Under the pieces are notes generated by a model. It searched no databases, was not told the DNA's origin, and was given only the letters and a program-made list of their open reading frames with translations. Position numbers and translations under genes: made by a program. This document shows positions 62,112-64,000 of a stretch of 64,000 nucleotides of DNA, piece by piece. The first letter of the stretch is position 1, and each line of letters starts with the position of its first letter. The stretch lies in the NCBI RefSeq assembly GCF_009914755.1, contig NC_060937.1, one strand, 5' to 3'. This DNA comes from the human T2T-CHM13v2.0 reference genome, Homo sapiens.

Positions 62112-62165
62112 TTTTTTTAAAGTCCCCAAGAAATTCAAAAGTGTAGCCCAGGTTAAGAACCCCTA
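61945..62165. mobile_element. MER5-type hAT MITE with an expanded poly(T)
   Basis: catcagaatcgtctggag...ggccccaccccaga...gcccaggttaagaacccct. Confidence 0.6.
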
Positions 62166-62669
62166 TTAATGATAAACAGAAATTGACCCATGTCCGCTAA
62201 AAAATGTATTAAGTAGGTTTCTTGTAGAGCAATATCAATGAGAAAAACTTTTAATATTCACAACCAGTATATTAAGCCTTGGAAAACATTAGCATTATTC
62301 TCGGGGAAATAACTTTGGGACTACATAACAATGGTACAGATTCAAAGTTCTCTGAATTTACTCATCAAGTATAAAATAAAGCCTCTTAAAATATCCCATG
62401 CTGCTATTATTTTACCAGCTTATACTGATAAACTATTTACAGTTTACAAAGCGTTTTATCTAAATTCTCTGCTTTTCACAAAAACCCTGATCAGGTAGGG
62501 CAAGTATAATTATCACCACCTCTAACAGATGGAGAAATTAGGTCTCAAAGCTATTTAAACGGCTTGCCTACAGTCATTCAGCTGGTAAAAACCTAAGCTG
62601 AAAATAAAATCTAGGTCTTTTGACTCCTAGCCAAATATTCTATCCTGGGACACTTAGCCCAAAACAAAC

Positions 62670-62794
62670 CTCTGTTCTGGTTCCAGTCATGGGCATCACC
62701 AAGTTGATTAACATTATACCTGTACCCATCTTGATGGTGAAAATAGTCATCAGTGCTGAACACAATGCCATCACGATTCTGACCAAGCAGAATT
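62670..62794 (-). CDS. N4BP2L2: N4BP2L2 internal coding exon (125 nt), P-loop kinase-like domain: ILLGQNRDGIVFSTDDYFHHQDGYRYNVNQLGDAHDWNQNR
   Basis: Minus strand reads ttttattaacAG|A ATT CTG...AAC AGA G|GTttgt. The FSTDDYF and AHDWNQNR motifs are typical of the N4BP2/N4BP2L family. Phase matches the next exon. Confidence 0.93.
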
Positions 62795-63009
62795 CTGTTA
62801 ATAAAAGAAATCATAAAGGTGCCATTTACAAAATCTATAACCATCAGAAATAAACCATCAGAAATAAATATAACCAAGTGAAATAAATCACACAGGAAAG
62901 GTTATTAAATGGATTTCTGATACTTACCTGAAAGTATATCATGAACAGACCAGCACAAGAGCTGAATAATCTTACAAAGATTTCAGATTTCAAATCACTT
63001 TACACTTAA

Positions 63010-63162
<153 letters not shown>

Positions 63163-64000
63163 TAGCTGGGATTACAAGCATGTGCCACCATGCCTGGCTA
63201 ATTTTTGCATTTTTAGTACAGACAGGGTTTCACCATGTTGGTCAGGCTGGTGTTGAACTCCTGACCTCTTGATCCACCTGCCTCGGCCTCCCAAAGTGCT
63301 GGGATTACAGGCATGAGCCACCGTGCCTGGCCATAACAAAAACTTTTTGAAGCAGCATTTGTATTGCAACTTTTTAAAACATTATTTACCCAATCTCAAA
63401 ATTATATCAACTATTATCCATGTTTTCACTTTAGTATATTTTTATTTGCCTCAATCTAGTGCAACAGGTAACCTAAAAAGCAAGTAAGCCTAAGCAAGCA
63501 ATTCATTTAGAAAAAACCATATGTGACTCTAGACAGCTTTAATAAACTCATTTCCATGAAGCATATATGATCCTCTAGTGAAAGTCGGAAATAGTTGGAG
63601 GCTTAAGGTTATGGAACAATCTGTGATCCTCCAAAGTATAATCAAACTTTAAATTTTTAAGAACTTAAGTCGTTAAATGAAATTATTAAACACTAAATAA
63701 AAAACTCTCAGTTCAGGTCAATGATAATCAAGCTTTGTTTTGAAAACGATACTGCCTTAAATTGACAAGTACAGCAAGATTAACAAGTACTCAGAACTCT
63801 CATTACCAATGACTCATGAAAGAAATTGGGAGTGTGCTATGATAGGGAAAATGCAGCAAGATAATGATTTGGATCCAAGAACAACAACGAGAGTATTTTG
63901 TTGTTTCTCTCCTCTCCTTGAACCATTAGGCATTTGGATATCACTGTATAATTTTGAGGGGATTGGTGGGATGGAAGGTGGTATATTAATAGAAGGAATT

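Noticed and set aside
62611-62877. 88-aa ORF as a standalone gene
   Set aside because: It is the 125-nt N4BP2L2 exon read through into flanking introns.

Overview
Primate (very probably human, 13q13.1) genomic DNA, AT-rich and dense in Alu, L1, L2, MIR, LTR and DNA-transposon remnants. The only intact protein-coding sequence is four minus-strand exons of N4BP2L2 (62794-62670, 57528-57440, 56707-56631, 53260-53059). The rest is its 3' UTR or intron. Insertions include a deleted HERV-S/HERVL18-type provirus with both LTRs and TSD (3845-7152), a two-LTR MLT1 MaLR element, an ERV1 solo LTR and a MICOS10 processed pseudogene (31588-32087). The most striking feature is a ~2.8-kb retrocopy (~12104-14884) that is not a simple ATP8A2 pseudogene. 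It is the cDNA of a chimeric spliced mRNA: the WASF3 5' UTR and first coding exon are joined in frame to exon 2 of a diverged ATP8A2-like P4-ATPase, and the copy ends in retained intron plus poly(A). Also, the four N4BP2L2 exons, closed through the internal donor at 53114, form a 438-nt circle with a stop-free reading frame. Gene and repeat names come from recalled sequences, not database searches. Most ORF-track entries are Alu artefacts.
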